A DNA stretch of 58,189 bases, filler included, from Candidatus Woesearchaeota archaeon (GTDB taxonomy: Archaea; Nanobdellota; Nanobdellia; Woesearchaeales; ARS49), in the NCBI GenBank assembly GCA_016188265.1. It is 3 parts of 3 records of this genome, joined end to end, with 100 filler letters (N's around TTAATTAATTAA, not from the genome) between each part and the next. Parts side by side here need not be neighbours in the genome. Positions count along the whole stretch, not along the records: positions 1 to 25,113 come from JACPID010000014.1; 2 more parts are not named here. The stretch is one strand, 5' to 3'. A model generated the notes under the pieces. The model did not search any database. It was given only the letters and a program-made list of their open reading frames with translations, and was not told the origin of the DNA. The translations under genes were made by a program, and so were the position numbers. Shown piece after piece: positions 1 through 10,795 of the stretch. Positions within the stretch are counted from its first letter, which is position 1; each line of letters begins with the position of its first letter.

Positions 1-46
1 CAAAAAAAACTTATATTTATATAATGTTGTATACAAATTTAGTGTT

Positions 47-916
47 ATGAAGCATTCAATTCCAATAACTTTTATTCTGTTGTTAATGTTTGCATCAATT
101 CAAGTAATAGGTATTTTTGTAATAAAAGAGTATATTGATGAAGAAGAAACGCAAAAACAAGGAGAAATTATCTGGAATGATTTGCCAAGTATTGCTGGAG
201 TTGAATTAGAAAGACCAGAACTAACTCCAATGCAAGCAATCATATTTGTTGTTTTTGCGCTTGTAGCTGGAACAGCGCTATTTTTTTTAATATTACGATG
301 GAAAATATTTTTCCTAATAAAATTATGGTTTTTTATTGCAATTTTATTATGCACTTACATAACTTTAGGAGCATTCATGCCTAGTATTTACTCAATTATA
401 ATTTCTTTTTTATTAACAAGTATTAAATTATGGAAGCCTAACATTTTAATCCATAACGTATCCGAACTATTATTATATCCTGGACTTGCTGTAATATTTG
501 TGCCATTATTATCACTACTTTCAGTTTTTATTCTTCTAATTATTTTATCTTGTTATGATATGTATGCTGTATGGAAAAGCAAACACATGATTGCTCTTGC
601 AAAAGCTCAATCAGAACAAAATGTTTTTGCAGGACTTTCAATTCCCTATAAATTTCCTAAAAAAATAACAAAAACAATAAAAAAAAGTGAAACAAGAACT
701 GCAATTCTGGGCGGAGGAGATATTGGATTTCCTTTACTATTCACAGGAGTTGTTTTAGTTTATCAAGGATTACTAAAAGCATTTCTTATAATTCCTTTCA
801 CAACTATTGCACTTGCTGTTTTATTTTTTCTTGCAGAAAAAAACAAGTTTTACCCGGCACTGCCTTTTCTTTCTATAGGATGCTTTACTGGCTATTTGTT
901 GATTCTGCTTGTTTAG
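47..916 (+). CDS. Presenilin/signal-peptide-peptidase family intramembrane aspartyl protease (A22)
   Basis: Multi-TM protein with YD (SCYDMYAV), GxGD (LGGGD) and PAL (YPALP) motifs. Confidence 0.92.
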   Translation: MKHSIPITFILLLMFASIQVIGIFVIKEYIDEEETQKQGEIIWNDLPSIAGVELERPELTPMQAIIFVVFALVAGTALFFLILRWKIFFLIKLWFFIAILLCTYITLGAFMPSIYSIIISFLLTSIKLWKPNILIHNVSELLLYPGLAVIFVPLLSLLSVFILLIILSCYDMYAVWKSKHMIALAKAQSEQNVFAGLSIPYKFPKKITKTIKKSETRTAILGGGDIGFPLLFTGVVLVYQGLLKAFLIIPFTTIALAVLFFLAEKNKFYPALPFLSIGCFTGYLLILLV

Positions 917-1715
917 ACAAGAACTGCAATGTTTTTTGTTTATTTTCTTTCAAATAATTCAAAGGATTTACTTCTAAACCATCTTCTGCAGCTATAACTG
1001 TAACTTTTGTTTGTTTTTGAATTTCTCTTGCTTCATAAAGTGGCGGTGCTTGAAGAAGACTTTTTCCAAAATGAGTAATTATTGCAAGATCAGGACTTAC
1101 TAACTTTAAAATATTAACAACATCACTGCTTGATAATCCCTTTTCATTACTTCCAAAAGCATTAGGCGTATTTAAAATCAAAACATCAGCCCTCAAATAT
1201 TGATCAGCAATATCTTGAGAATAATTAGTATCACCTGAATAAACTAAAGAAAAATCAGGAGTTACAATCTTAAAACCAACAGCTTGTTTATCATGATGAT
1301 CAGCATATAATGGCGTAATTTCAACATGCTCAACACCTATTGTTTTGCCAACATCTGCAGGAATAACTTTTTCAACACACAATTTATGATAATCAGTAAG
1401 AACACTCTCAGGATCATCTAATAAAGTTTTATTTGCAATAAGCACACCCCTTATATCAAGCCGGTTATGGCTCATTGCAGAAAGCACTGCATTAACATCA
1501 TTACAATGATTCAAATGCGAATGAGAAACCAGAACTGCAGTATTTTCCCTGATATTAACATTAAACTTTTGAGCATTTGTTAATGCTCCAGGACCAGGAT
1601 CTATGTGTAATTGAACATCTCCTGAACAAATAATAATACCGCCGCTTTTTCTCAAATCCTTTGCAACAACACCAACATTTCCAGCAGTTCCTAAAAATTT
1701 TATTGAAGATTCCAT
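885..1715 (-). CDS. MBL-fold metallo-hydrolase
   Basis: FLGT N-terminus, DPGPG, SHSHLNH (HxHxDH variant), YSGDT, THFG. Confidence 0.88.
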   Translation of the reverse strand: MESSIKFLGTAGNVGVVAKDLRKSGGIIICSGDVQLHIDPGPGALTNAQKFNVNIRENTAVLVSHSHLNHCNDVNAVLSAMSHNRLDIRGVLIANKTLLDDPESVLTDYHKLCVEKVIPADVGKTIGVEHVEITPLYADHHDKQAVGFKIVTPDFSLVYSGDTNYSQDIADQYLRADVLILNTPNAFGSNEKGLSSSDVVNILKLVSPDLAIITHFGKSLLQAPPLYEAREIQKQTKVTVIAAEDGLEVNPLNYLKENKQKTLQFLSKQAESTNSQ

Positions 1716-1727
1716 TTAAACAGAATT

Positions 1728-3692
1728 TTATTTTTGTTGTATAAAAATATTGCGGTGCATAATGAATAATATCATTATAATAGTTAAGAAACTTATAAAA
1801 AATCCAAAGTAGGCTTTTTTCGGAGCATAAGTAAAAATCAGAATACCTGGCTCATCAATAACAACAGCAGAAAATACTTGATTTGCAGAATAAATCTTTT
1901 TCACTTTATTATTTAATTTAGCGCTCCAATCTTTTGTAAACTTAGAAAATCTCTCGCTAAAATAAAGAGTTCCTATTGATGAAATATTTAAGATAATTTT
2001 ATTATTTTTATATAAAATAACTGCAACAGAATTATTTTTATTTTTCAATTCTAAATAAGGAATATCTTTTTCTGATACATTTTCTAAAATAATTAAATCT
2101 TCCGGCAATGGTTTTTGAATTTGAAATTCTTGCTTAGATTTGTCCAATAACAGCCCATTTCCAAGAAAAAATCTAGGTTTTGAATTATTAAGTTGATACA
2201 AATATTTTCTATAATAACGTTCTTCATAAGGTTTTGAAAATTGCTTAACTAAAACATGAAGATTAGAATGAGAATAATCTTTATCTGACAAAACATATTT
2301 GACATTCATCAACTCGCCTAGCTGATCATGTTTTTTTATTTGACTTAAAAAAATTTTGTAAGTATCTAACTCGTAAAATCTTCTTCCAACAAAACCAAAC
2401 AAAGAATGCAGATTAAACAATGCAGACTGGTGCGAGATAGTTGTATCTATTCCACGCTCCTCAGAATCATAAACTCTGAACAATCCATGTTGTTCCTGCA
2501 AAAAATAATATGCTTCATTTTTATCAAGCATATCTTGATAATTCAAAGCATTAAATACTGGTTTATACAAAGCAATCATAACTAGCGCAATTAAAAAACA
2601 AACATAATATTTTTTTATAAAACGAGAAACACCAAAACCAGCAAGAATACACATACTAACCATGTATATAATTAAAGCCCTGGAGACATCAAACTGTTGA
2701 TTTATTATCGGAACAAACTTCCAAACAAGAAATAATAAAAAGCTTCCTGAAGCATATAATAGTGTGATAAGAATACAAATAAAAAAAATCCAAGAACGTT
2801 TATCAAAAAAACCAAGTAGTGAAAAAATTAAAATAATGAAACCAACAGAAGCATTCCAGTTTCCACTTTGAGAAGAATGAATTAGCATAGAAAAACTGTT
2901 TTTTAAAGAAAGAACATCAGATCCTATAAAATCAGAAAACTTAACACCCTCTGAGCGTGGAGTAAGTTTATTGTATTCAAGTGAAGGTAAAATCTTAAAT
3001 GCGCTTAAACCAAAACCAGTAATTAAAAATAAACTCAACAAAACAAATTTGTATTTTAACTTAATTTTATTATTAAAAAAAATCAGCAAAACACATAAAA
3101 ATAAAGCATAAGGAACAAAAAATACACCTCCTGAATGAATTTGCAAAGCTAAAAATACACCTGCCACAATCATGTGCAAATAAGATTTTTTTCTAACAGC
3201 CATAACAACAAATAAAATAATCAATGGCAGGATTGCATAAGAAAATAAAAAAACAATCCAACCCGCACTTATTAAGAAAAATATTAAACCATTGGTTACA
3301 TAACCAAAAGCTGCAATTAATGAAGCTCCGCTATTTTTTGTAAAATAAAAAACACAGAAATACATTCCTAAAAAAGCAATTATGATATGTGATAAAATTA
3401 AAAGATTAACTAAAAGAATATCAGTATTGATAAATAAAAGAAGCATCAGCAAAGGATAATATGTTGGTGTGTGCAAAATTGCATGATGCGGATGGCCTAA
3501 AAAAGTATAAGGATTCCACCAAGGCAGTTGAAAGCTTTGATAAGATTCATGAATAAAATGAATATCAGGAATATAATGATCTAATTCAGAAGGCATAATT
3601 GTATAAGAAGAGCTTATTATTGAATTGAAAAATAATACTAGCCATGCAAAAAAAAGAGTGAAACTAACAATATGCTTCTTCATTAAAAACAA
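1728..3692 (-). CDS. YfhO-like polytopic membrane protein (probable GT-C glycosyltransferase)
   Basis: LPWWNPYTFLGHP motif, many TM helices, NVKY motif, C-terminal W..ANQVF..V and final TM. Confidence 0.75.
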   Translation of the reverse strand: MFLMKKHIVSFTLFFAWLVLFFNSIISSSYTIMPSELDHYIPDIHFIHESYQSFQLPWWNPYTFLGHPHHAILHTPTYYPLLMLLLFINTDILLVNLLILSHIIIAFLGMYFCVFYFTKNSGASLIAAFGYVTNGLIFFLISAGWIVFLFSYAILPLIILFVVMAVRKKSYLHMIVAGVFLALQIHSGGVFFVPYALFLCVLLIFFNNKIKLKYKFVLLSLFLITGFGLSAFKILPSLEYNKLTPRSEGVKFSDFIGSDVLSLKNSFSMLIHSSQSGNWNASVGFIILIFSLLGFFDKRSWIFFICILITLLYASGSFLLFLVWKFVPIINQQFDVSRALIIYMVSMCILAGFGVSRFIKKYYVCFLIALVMIALYKPVFNALNYQDMLDKNEAYYFLQEQHGLFRVYDSEERGIDTTISHQSALFNLHSLFGFVGRRFYELDTYKIFLSQIKKHDQLGELMNVKYVLSDKDYSHSNLHVLVKQFSKPYEERYYRKYLYQLNNSKPRFFLGNGLLLDKSKQEFQIQKPLPEDLIILENVSEKDIPYLELKNKNNSVAVILYKNNKIILNISSIGTLYFSERFSKFTKDWSAKLNNKVKKIYSANQVFSAVVIDEPGILIFTYAPKKAYFGFFISFLTIIMILFIMHRNIFIQQK

Positions 3693-3759
3693 GAATAAAT
3701 CATGTGTTAATAAAATTTTATACGAAACGTTTAAAAACGAGTTTAAAGATCACTTTATT

Positions 3760-4030
3760 GGCGAACTAAGCTGGGAGGGTTAGCACGCTCCTGTAACCGT
3801 AAACGTGCTTTAGACGGAGTTGAAGTGAGAAAGGCGGTATAATTTTTTCGTCTCAGTCTCATGCTGGACAATGATGTGTTGTCCTCTTTGGTGGTTGTTG
3901 CAAGAAATGTGTCAGGTCCGGAAGGAAGCAGCACTAATTGTACCAGTCCATGCTTTGAGGGTTGCAGTACAGAGAAATGCTTGAGGTAGCTGGACAAAAA
4001 CTTTATATCCACTTTTTTGCACGTTCGCCA
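3760..4030 (+). ncRNA. ffs: Archaeal SRP (7S) RNA
   Basis: Helix-8 signature GTGTCAGGTCCGGAAGGAAGCAGCAC at 3909-3934; 5' GGCGAAC pairs with 3' GTTCGCC; Alu-like TGTAACC; TTTAAA box upstream. Confidence 0.93.
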
Positions 4031-4036
4031 CTTTAT

Positions 4037-4184
4037 GCCGCCGTGGCACAATTGAAATCAGAAATCTATCAAAAACTCTGGTTTCAGATGCAACCTGGTA
4101 CTGCGCCGGTCTTGAAACACAAAACTTTGTGTCTTGAGAACCGGTTCCCGAAAGGGTCTCCCAGTTCAAATCTGGGCGGCGGCG
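4037..4184 (+). tRNA. tRNA-Ser(TGA) with two introns (D-arm ~4052-4093; anticodon loop ~4117-4138)
   Basis: Acceptor GCCGCCG/CGGCGGC-G, anticodon stem CCGGT-CT TGA A..A-ACCGG, long variable arm, CCCAG-TTCAAAT-CTGGG; both inserts are hairpins. Confidence 0.9.
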
Positions 4185-4209
4185 CTTTTTCCTTATTTTG
4201 TATATGCTC

Positions 4210-4302
4210 TTAGAAAATAATACACCTGAGCTCTTCTATTTTTCTGAAATCATTATCTTTTGTTACTAAAGTTAATCCATTCTCGTATGCTTGTACTGCA
4301 AA
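4210..4302 (-). pseudogene. C-terminal remnant of a VapC/PIN toxin
   Basis: Minus frame reads FAVQAYENGLTLVTKDNDFRKIEELRCIIF*, matching the PIN C-terminal LVTxDxDF motif; nearest ATG is out of frame. Confidence 0.65.
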
Positions 4303-4370
4303 ACATATACAAAACGAAAGATTAAATAGTTCTAAATAATCTTATTTAATACTAAATAACAAGTGAGAAA

Positions 4371-4592
4371 ATGGTATTAAAAACATTTAACGTTGAAGAA
4401 GTAGTATATAAAAAGTTTTCAGATTTTTGTAAGGGGCATGGTGTTAGTATGAGCAAACAAGTAGAGCTATTTATGGAGTCTATGGTAGAAGAAGAACCAG
4501 AAGCAAAGCAAGAATATCTCCAAAAATTGGAAAGAATCAGAAAAGGGAAGTTTATGAGAGTAGATAATTTCGCTAGCAGGTACGGAATATAA
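4371..4592 (+). CDS. Small RHH-like protein, putative antitoxin
   Basis: KTFNV..VYKKF..FCK..G.SMSKQVE.FM pattern; directly upstream of toxin remnant. Confidence 0.65.
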   Translation: MVLKTFNVEEVVYKKFSDFCKGHGVSMSKQVELFMESMVEEEPEAKQEYLQKLERIRKGKFMRVDNFASRYGI

Positions 4593-4594
4593 TT

Positions 4595-4710
4595 ATGGCT
4601 TATTATTTAGAGTTCATATCAGTAAATCTTTTGTTTTAACTTTTGAGATAAATGAAAAAAATAAAGTTGTAAGACTTCTAGACTATGATCATCATGATAA
4701 CATATATTAA
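4595..4710 (+). pseudogene. Internally deleted RelE/YafQ-type toxin
   Basis: ATG frame gives MAYYLE; another frame from 4609 gives RVHISKSFVLTFEINEKNKVVRLLDYDHHDNIY*, typical of the archaeal RelE-family C-terminus. Confidence 0.7.
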
Positions 4711-4762
4711 GAACCATGCCTAGTACGGGCCCATTTCCAATGGATTTGACATTAAAGTTTAA

Positions 4763-4860
4763 TGCCCCGTACGGGATTTGAACCCGTGTCTGAGCCTTGC
4801 ACTAACTTGTTGAACAGTTTCGAGAGGGCTCCATCCTTGACCGGACTAGACTAACGGGGC
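4763..4860 (-). tRNA. tRNA-Glu(CTC) with anticodon-loop intron
   Basis: GCCCCGT...ACGGGGC-A acceptor; GAGCC-CT CTC G-[~23 nt]-A-GGCTC; ACGGG-TTCAAAT-CCCGT. Confidence 0.92.
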
Positions 4861-4870
4861 TTTTGTTAAC

Positions 4871-6160
4871 TTAACTTAATAAAGCAAATACTGCAACAGG
4901 AACTATCTTAACTCGCTCATTTAAGTTGATCTCTTTTTTTGATAAAATTAATTTATGCGCTAAATCTATTTTAGGAAAATCTTTTATTGAAACGCTTTCC
5001 TGCCATTTAACTTCTATTCCTGTTGTTCCATAAATAAAATCAATTTCTTTAGATTTCCTTAAAAATTTGACATTTAATTTATTTCTTCTTAAACACTCTC
5101 CGACAATACCCTCTACAATTTTAGGAATATCATTTATATTCTCTTCAGCAATGCCGAGAGTTTTAAAAGAGGCGATATGAAAAATAAATGGATCTATGAA
5201 ATAAACTTTTCTTTCTTTTTTGAAAAAAGGAGTTTTATCATATTCTTTCCAATAACTTCTTATAACGTATAAGCTTTCAAGAACCTCCAAGTAATCCCTC
5301 ACAGTTATGTGTGATGGAATTTCAACTTCTTTAGCGATGGAGCTTAAAGAAAATGACGAGGAGTATCTTTTAACAATTCCTTTCAAAACCGCGCTTAAAG
5401 TACGCTCACTTAAGCCAATGCTGGAAATATCTCCGGCAATCCAATTCCAGTAAATCTGAAACGTTTCTTCTTTGATTTTTCCTTCTTCTATTAATTCATA
5501 AGCCGCGCGTAAAAAACCTCCGCAATGAATATAAAAATTAAACAACTTATTAATTTCATTGATGTATGGGGCTAACTTTAGGGTATTTTTAATGATGCTT
5601 TTAAAATCAATTCTTTGAGGAATTTCTTTTTTCAAAGAACTGCTGCCAAAAACTTTGCAAAATTCTCTGAAACTAAGCGGTAAAAACTCTTTGATTTTTA
5701 TCGGCCTTCCAGGAAATCTTTCTTTTTGAAGCTCTAATGTTGTAGATCCTGTGAAATAAAAGTTCATTCCCTCGTTAAGATCCTTAATTTCAAGAATTTG
5801 CTTAACAGCACGCTCCCAATTCTTGACAAAACTTATTTCATCGATAAAAACATACTTTCCGCCAGTCTTTTTAAAAAACGAAACTATATCAATAATATCT
5901 TGGGGGTTCATAACTAAATTACAGACAAAATAGAGGCATTGCTTTATCTGAATACCTTTATCGAAGAGTTCTTTTATGCAAAGTTTTAAATAAGTAGTTT
6001 TCCCTGTTTGCCTGGGGCCTAGGATTAGGAAGTTTCCTTCAATAAATTTAGGAATAAACAAGTGTTTCTTATTAATCGCGTAACTAACATGAACATCTTT
6101 TTCTATTTCTTCAGCATAGCTCCACCAAGGATTTTGACTTATAACTGCGTTCCAATCCAT
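4871..6160 (-). CDS. AAA_14 + DUF4143 ATP-binding protein
   Basis: QNPWW, Walker A GPRQTGKT, Walker B FIDEI, TGS, KVYFID, C-terminal EIDF..IEVKW nuclease-like motif. Confidence 0.9.
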   Translation of the reverse strand: MDWNAVISQNPWWSYAEEIEKDVHVSYAINKKHLFIPKFIEGNFLILGPRQTGKTTYLKLCIKELFDKGIQIKQCLYFVCNLVMNPQDIIDIVSFFKKTGGKYVFIDEISFVKNWERAVKQILEIKDLNEGMNFYFTGSTTLELQKERFPGRPIKIKEFLPLSFREFCKVFGSSSLKKEIPQRIDFKSIIKNTLKLAPYINEINKLFNFYIHCGGFLRAAYELIEEGKIKEETFQIYWNWIAGDISSIGLSERTLSAVLKGIVKRYSSSFSLSSIAKEVEIPSHITVRDYLEVLESLYVIRSYWKEYDKTPFFKKERKVYFIDPFIFHIASFKTLGIAEENINDIPKIVEGIVGECLRRNKLNVKFLRKSKEIDFIYGTTGIEVKWQESVSIKDFPKIDLAHKLILSKKEINLNERVKIVPVAVFALLS

Positions 6161-6161
6161 A

Positions 6162-6250
6162 AGTTGATATTATGATATCAGAACTATATAAACGTTTCGA
6201 TATTATGATGTCAAAATTCTATAGACTTCTGATATCGTGATATCAGAACT
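6162..6250. promoter_or_regulatory. Three palindromic operator-like boxes around the TATA box of the AAA_14 gene
   Basis: GATATTATGATATCAGAACT, GATATTATGATGTCAAAATT, TTCTGATATCGTGATATCAGAA; minus-strand TTTATATA at ~6185-6192. Confidence 0.65.
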
Positions 6251-6279
6251 GAAGCTGATCAGAAAATAATTTTCAGCTA

Positions 6280-6684
6280 TTAGATTTCTTTTCTAATTGC
6301 TTCTGCAATTTGTTTTGATTCAGCTTCAGCATAGGATTTTTTGTGCCAGTGCTTTAATCCATCATTGCTGAATCTTGGAATAATGTGAAAGTGTGTGTGC
6401 TTGACAATTTGTCCTGCTGCAGGCCCGTTATTAACTCCTAAATTCCAACCGTCTGCTTTTACTGTTTTTATAATAGCAGGGGTTATTTTTTTAATAACAT
6501 TTAATGATTCGTGAATATCTTTTTCTTCTGATGCAATTAAGTTTTCACTGTGTTTTTTTGGAACAATCAAAGTATGTCCTTTATTTACTGGTGAAATATC
6601 AAGAAATGCAATTGTATTATCATCTTCATAAACAATATCGCTTGGGATTTTTTTTGAAATAATTTTACAAAAAATACAGTCCAT
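6280..6684 (-). CDS. hit: HIT family hydrolase
   Basis: DCIFCKII, GHTLIVPK, HTHFHIIPR; start moved to ATG 6684. Confidence 0.95.
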   Translation of the reverse strand: MDCIFCKIISKKIPSDIVYEDDNTIAFLDISPVNKGHTLIVPKKHSENLIASEEKDIHESLNVIKKITPAIIKTVKADGWNLGVNNGPAAGQIVKHTHFHIIPRFSNDGLKHWHKKSYAEAESKQIAEAIRKEI

Positions 6685-6686
6685 TT

Positions 6687-7868
<1,182 letters not shown>

Positions 7869-8504
7869 TTATTTGAAATTTTCTAACTCTGATAATGTTA
7901 CTATTTTATCAGGAAATTCTCGTTTGTTTTTTCTATCAATTAAAACTGCGCGAATTCCTGCTTTTTGCGCTCCTGCAATGTCTGTTTCTAAACTATCACC
8001 CACCATAATAACTTCTTCTTTTGAAACATTTAAAGTCTGAATAGCAGTACTAAACATTCCGACATTTGTTTTAAGAACCCCTAATTTATATGATAAAAAA
8101 AAGCCATCAAAATATTGTTTCATATCATACTTATCCAAAACTTGCTCAATAGAAAATGATGGTGTATTTGAAACAATTGCTAATTTAAACTCTTTTTCTT
8201 TTAGTTTTTGAAGTACTTCAATAGTTTCTTCATAAGGCTTTGCAAGGATTATATTTTTATTCCAAACAGCAATTAATTTGTCAATGATTAATTGTTTAAT
8301 AGGAACTTTAAAAACTTTTAAAACTTCAGTAAAAGCAGCAGTTTGATCTGGATAAGATTTGGTCATTAAAACATCTTCAAAAATAGCGACAAAATCACCA
8401 AAACGCATTCTTGCACGAAGAATTTCATAACTTTGCCTAAGAGGAGAGTAAGTACCATTTTCTACAAGAGTTCCCCAAAAATCAAACAAAATCGCTTTAA
8501 TCAT
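7869..8504 (-). CDS. HAD-family hydrolase
   Basis: FDFWGTL motif I, SN motif II, VGDS..TDI.GA motif IV. Confidence 0.9.
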   Translation of the reverse strand: MIKAILFDFWGTLVENGTYSPLRQSYEILRARMRFGDFVAIFEDVLMTKSYPDQTAAFTEVLKVFKVPIKQLIIDKLIAVWNKNIILAKPYEETIEVLQKLKEKEFKLAIVSNTPSFSIEQVLDKYDMKQYFDGFFLSYKLGVLKTNVGMFSTAIQTLNVSKEEVIMVGDSLETDIAGAQKAGIRAVLIDRKNKREFPDKIVTLSELENFK

Positions 8505-8550
8505 TAAACACTTGTTTTGTGCATGTTTTTATAAAACTTGTGCAAAAAAA

Positions 8551-8645
8551 TGGACCGGCCGGGACTTTCAATGGTTTATAACCATTTTGAACCCGGAGCC
8601 TCACCCAAGCCAAGGGCGCATTCTACCAGATTGAACTACCGGCCC
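8551..8645 (-). tRNA. tRNA-Ala(GGC) with T-loop intron
   Basis: GGGCCGG/CCGGTCC-A acceptor with G3:U70; CGCCC-TT GGC TT-GGGTG; ~21-nt hairpin (AATGGTT-ATA-AACCATT) interrupts the T loop. Confidence 0.88.
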
Positions 8646-8699
8646 AAGAATAACAAAAAATACAAACTATTTTATAATGATTCTCTTTATATTAGAATT

Positions 8700-9026
8700 A
8701 TGGGTTATAAACTTTATTCAAAAAAACAACTTGATTTAGGCCTTAAACGTTTCAAGTACTATATTAACAGTATAAATTCAGATATGGATTATAAAGGGGT
8801 AATGTGCAATAGTGTGCTTTTTGTTCTTAATGAAAATGGAAAAATTGATTTTAATGTTTTACAAAATACAGGAATTATTGCTTCAGTTAAAAAAAAATAT
8901 GCACTTGATGATTGGATTGATAATTTAGAGGATCTTACTCAGAATGCTATTAAAGAAGGATTAAATATTTCTGATTTAGAGAAAATTTACAATGATGCAT
9001 ATGGTTTTTTATTCTTAGGAGAATAA
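8700..9026 (+). CDS. Hypothetical protein
   Basis: ORF trimmed to ATG 8700 because the upstream part overlaps tRNA-Ala. Confidence 0.55.
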   Translation: MGYKLYSKKQLDLGLKRFKYYINSINSDMDYKGVMCNSVLFVLNENGKIDFNVLQNTGIIASVKKKYALDDWIDNLEDLTQNAIKEGLNISDLEKIYNDAYGFLFLGE

Positions 9027-9049
9027 TACCAGATAAAGTCTTGCTTGTT

Positions 9050-9583
9050 TTATTCTTCCTCAAAACTGCAATTAAATCCGTTTAGTTTTACTGATCCAGA
9101 AGAAACATACAAAGCATCTTCATCAATTTCTCCTGATATTTTTAATTCAATTTCAATTGAGTGGTATAAATCGCTGTATCTTCCAAATATAACTTCTTTT
9201 GATTTAAGCTGTAATTCTGCCGGCATTTCTTTGCTTGATTTAATAAATGTTTTTCCTTTAACAAGTGAAAGTGTTCCTGTTAAATAATTATTTGAATATG
9301 CATATACTCCTAATCCTTCCTCTTCTTTAAAATGCACATAGCTTGTTTTGTGTGGTGAAACTGAAATTGAATCATTAAGTATAGATTTTACTGCTTTTTG
9401 GCAATAATCATTTTTTTCTTGAAAATAGATTTCCTCAATTGAAAAAAATCTGTATGTTTTGTCTTTTAGTGTTAATGGTTTTGCATTTTCAACAGCATAC
9501 ATTCCAGTAAGTGAAGGATTTATTGAAATTAATGTTAGTGCAAATAATGCAAAAAGCCCTAATAATATTGTTTCGTATTTCAT
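9050..9583 (-). CDS. Hypothetical N-terminally anchored/exported protein
   Basis: N-terminal hydrophobic helix followed by SLTGMYAV; GAGG SD-like site. Confidence 0.7.
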   Translation of the reverse strand: MKYETILLGLFALFALTLISINPSLTGMYAVENAKPLTLKDKTYRFFSIEEIYFQEKNDYCQKAVKSILNDSISVSPHKTSYVHFKEEEGLGVYAYSNNYLTGTLSLVKGKTFIKSSKEMPAELQLKSKEVIFGRYSDLYHSIEIELKISGEIDEDALYVSSGSVKLNGFNCSFEEE

Positions 9584-9695
9584 CCTCTTTTTAATATGCT
9601 ATTCTTGACATGTATATTGTTATTTTATTATATAAGCTTTTAGGTTGCAAAACTTTAAATAAAAGTGAAATAAAGGTTTAGTAAAAGGGATTATT

Positions 9696-10793
9696 ATGAA
9701 TGAAAAAATAGATCCTTGGAAATCAATTGAAATAAAGGATTATGATAAAGTTATGCACCAGTTTGGAATAGAAAAAATAGATGCTGTTCTTCAAAAATTG
9801 CCTGAAAAACACAGGTATTTTGAAAGAAAAATTGTGTTCGGGCATAAATCTTTGCAGACTGTTATTGATGCTGTTGTTAAAAAAAAACCTTTTGTTATGG
9901 TTACAGGTTTAATGCCTTCAGGAAGATTTCATCTTGGCCATAAATTAGTTGCAGATTTAATGATTTATTTTCAAAATTTAGGCGCTGAGTGTTATATAAC
10001 CACAGCAGATATTGAGGCATATTTAACACGGGGAATTTCTTTAGAAGAAGCTAAAAAAATAGCTATTGATGAGTATTTGATAAATTATATTGCACTGGGA
10101 TTGAAGCCGAAAAAAACAAGATTTTACTTTCAAAGCAATGGTTCAAAAAGGTATATGAATCTTAGTAAGCTTGTTTCAAAGAAAACAACATTTAACGAAC
10201 TAAAATCAATATATGGTGATTTAAATCCTGAAAAAATTATTTCAGCTTTGACTCAAGTTGCAGATATATTACACCCTCAGCTTTCTGAGCATGGCGGCCC
10301 AAAACCTAGTGTTGTTCCTGTGGGAATTGATCAATTGCCTCATATAAACTTAACCAGAGATATTGCTGCTAGAATGAAGGCTGAATGTGATTTTGTTTTA
10401 CCTTCAGCTGTTTTTCTTAAACTAATGCCTGGATTAAAAGGGGGAAAAATGGCATCTTCAGACCCTGCCAGCGCTGTATTTTTAACTGATTCTCCTGAAG
10501 AAGTTGAGCTTAAAATAAAAAAATATGCTTTTTCAGGCGGAAGAGCTACTATTGAAGAGCATAGAAAGTATGGTGGAAATCCTGATGTTGATGTGAGTTA
10601 TCAATGGCTTACTTTTTTTGAAGAAGATAATAGAAAACTAAAAAAAATATATGATGATTATAAAAGTGGAAAATTATTGTCCGGAGAATTAAAACAAATA
10701 CTGATTAATGTGTTGACTGCTTTCTTAATTGAACATCAGAAAAAGCGAGAAAAAGCAAAAAAATTAGTTGACAAATTTATTTGTGAAGATTAA
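9696..10793 (+). CDS. trpS: Tryptophan--tRNA ligase
   Basis: TGLMPSG.FHLGH, PVGIDQ.PH, GKMASS, AFSGGR. Confidence 0.96.
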   Translation: MNEKIDPWKSIEIKDYDKVMHQFGIEKIDAVLQKLPEKHRYFERKIVFGHKSLQTVIDAVVKKKPFVMVTGLMPSGRFHLGHKLVADLMIYFQNLGAECYITTADIEAYLTRGISLEEAKKIAIDEYLINYIALGLKPKKTRFYFQSNGSKRYMNLSKLVSKKTTFNELKSIYGDLNPEKIISALTQVADILHPQLSEHGGPKPSVVPVGIDQLPHINLTRDIAARMKAECDFVLPSAVFLKLMPGLKGGKMASSDPASAVFLTDSPEEVELKIKKYAFSGGRATIEEHRKYGGNPDVDVSYQWLTFFEEDNRKLKKIYDDYKSGKLLSGELKQILINVLTAFLIEHQKKREKAKKLVDKFICED

Positions 10794-10795
10794 TA

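Noticed and set aside
3755..4213. ORFs 3755-4051, 3912-4169 and 3962-4213
   Set aside because: They overlap SRP RNA and tRNA-Ser; artefacts of locally higher GC
6162..6250. Mini CRISPR array
   Set aside because: Three degenerate ~20-bp units with ~12-bp gaps and no cas genes; better explained as operators
8538..8699. N-terminal part of the 162-aa ORF
   Set aside because: Antisense to tRNA-Ala; start moved to 8700
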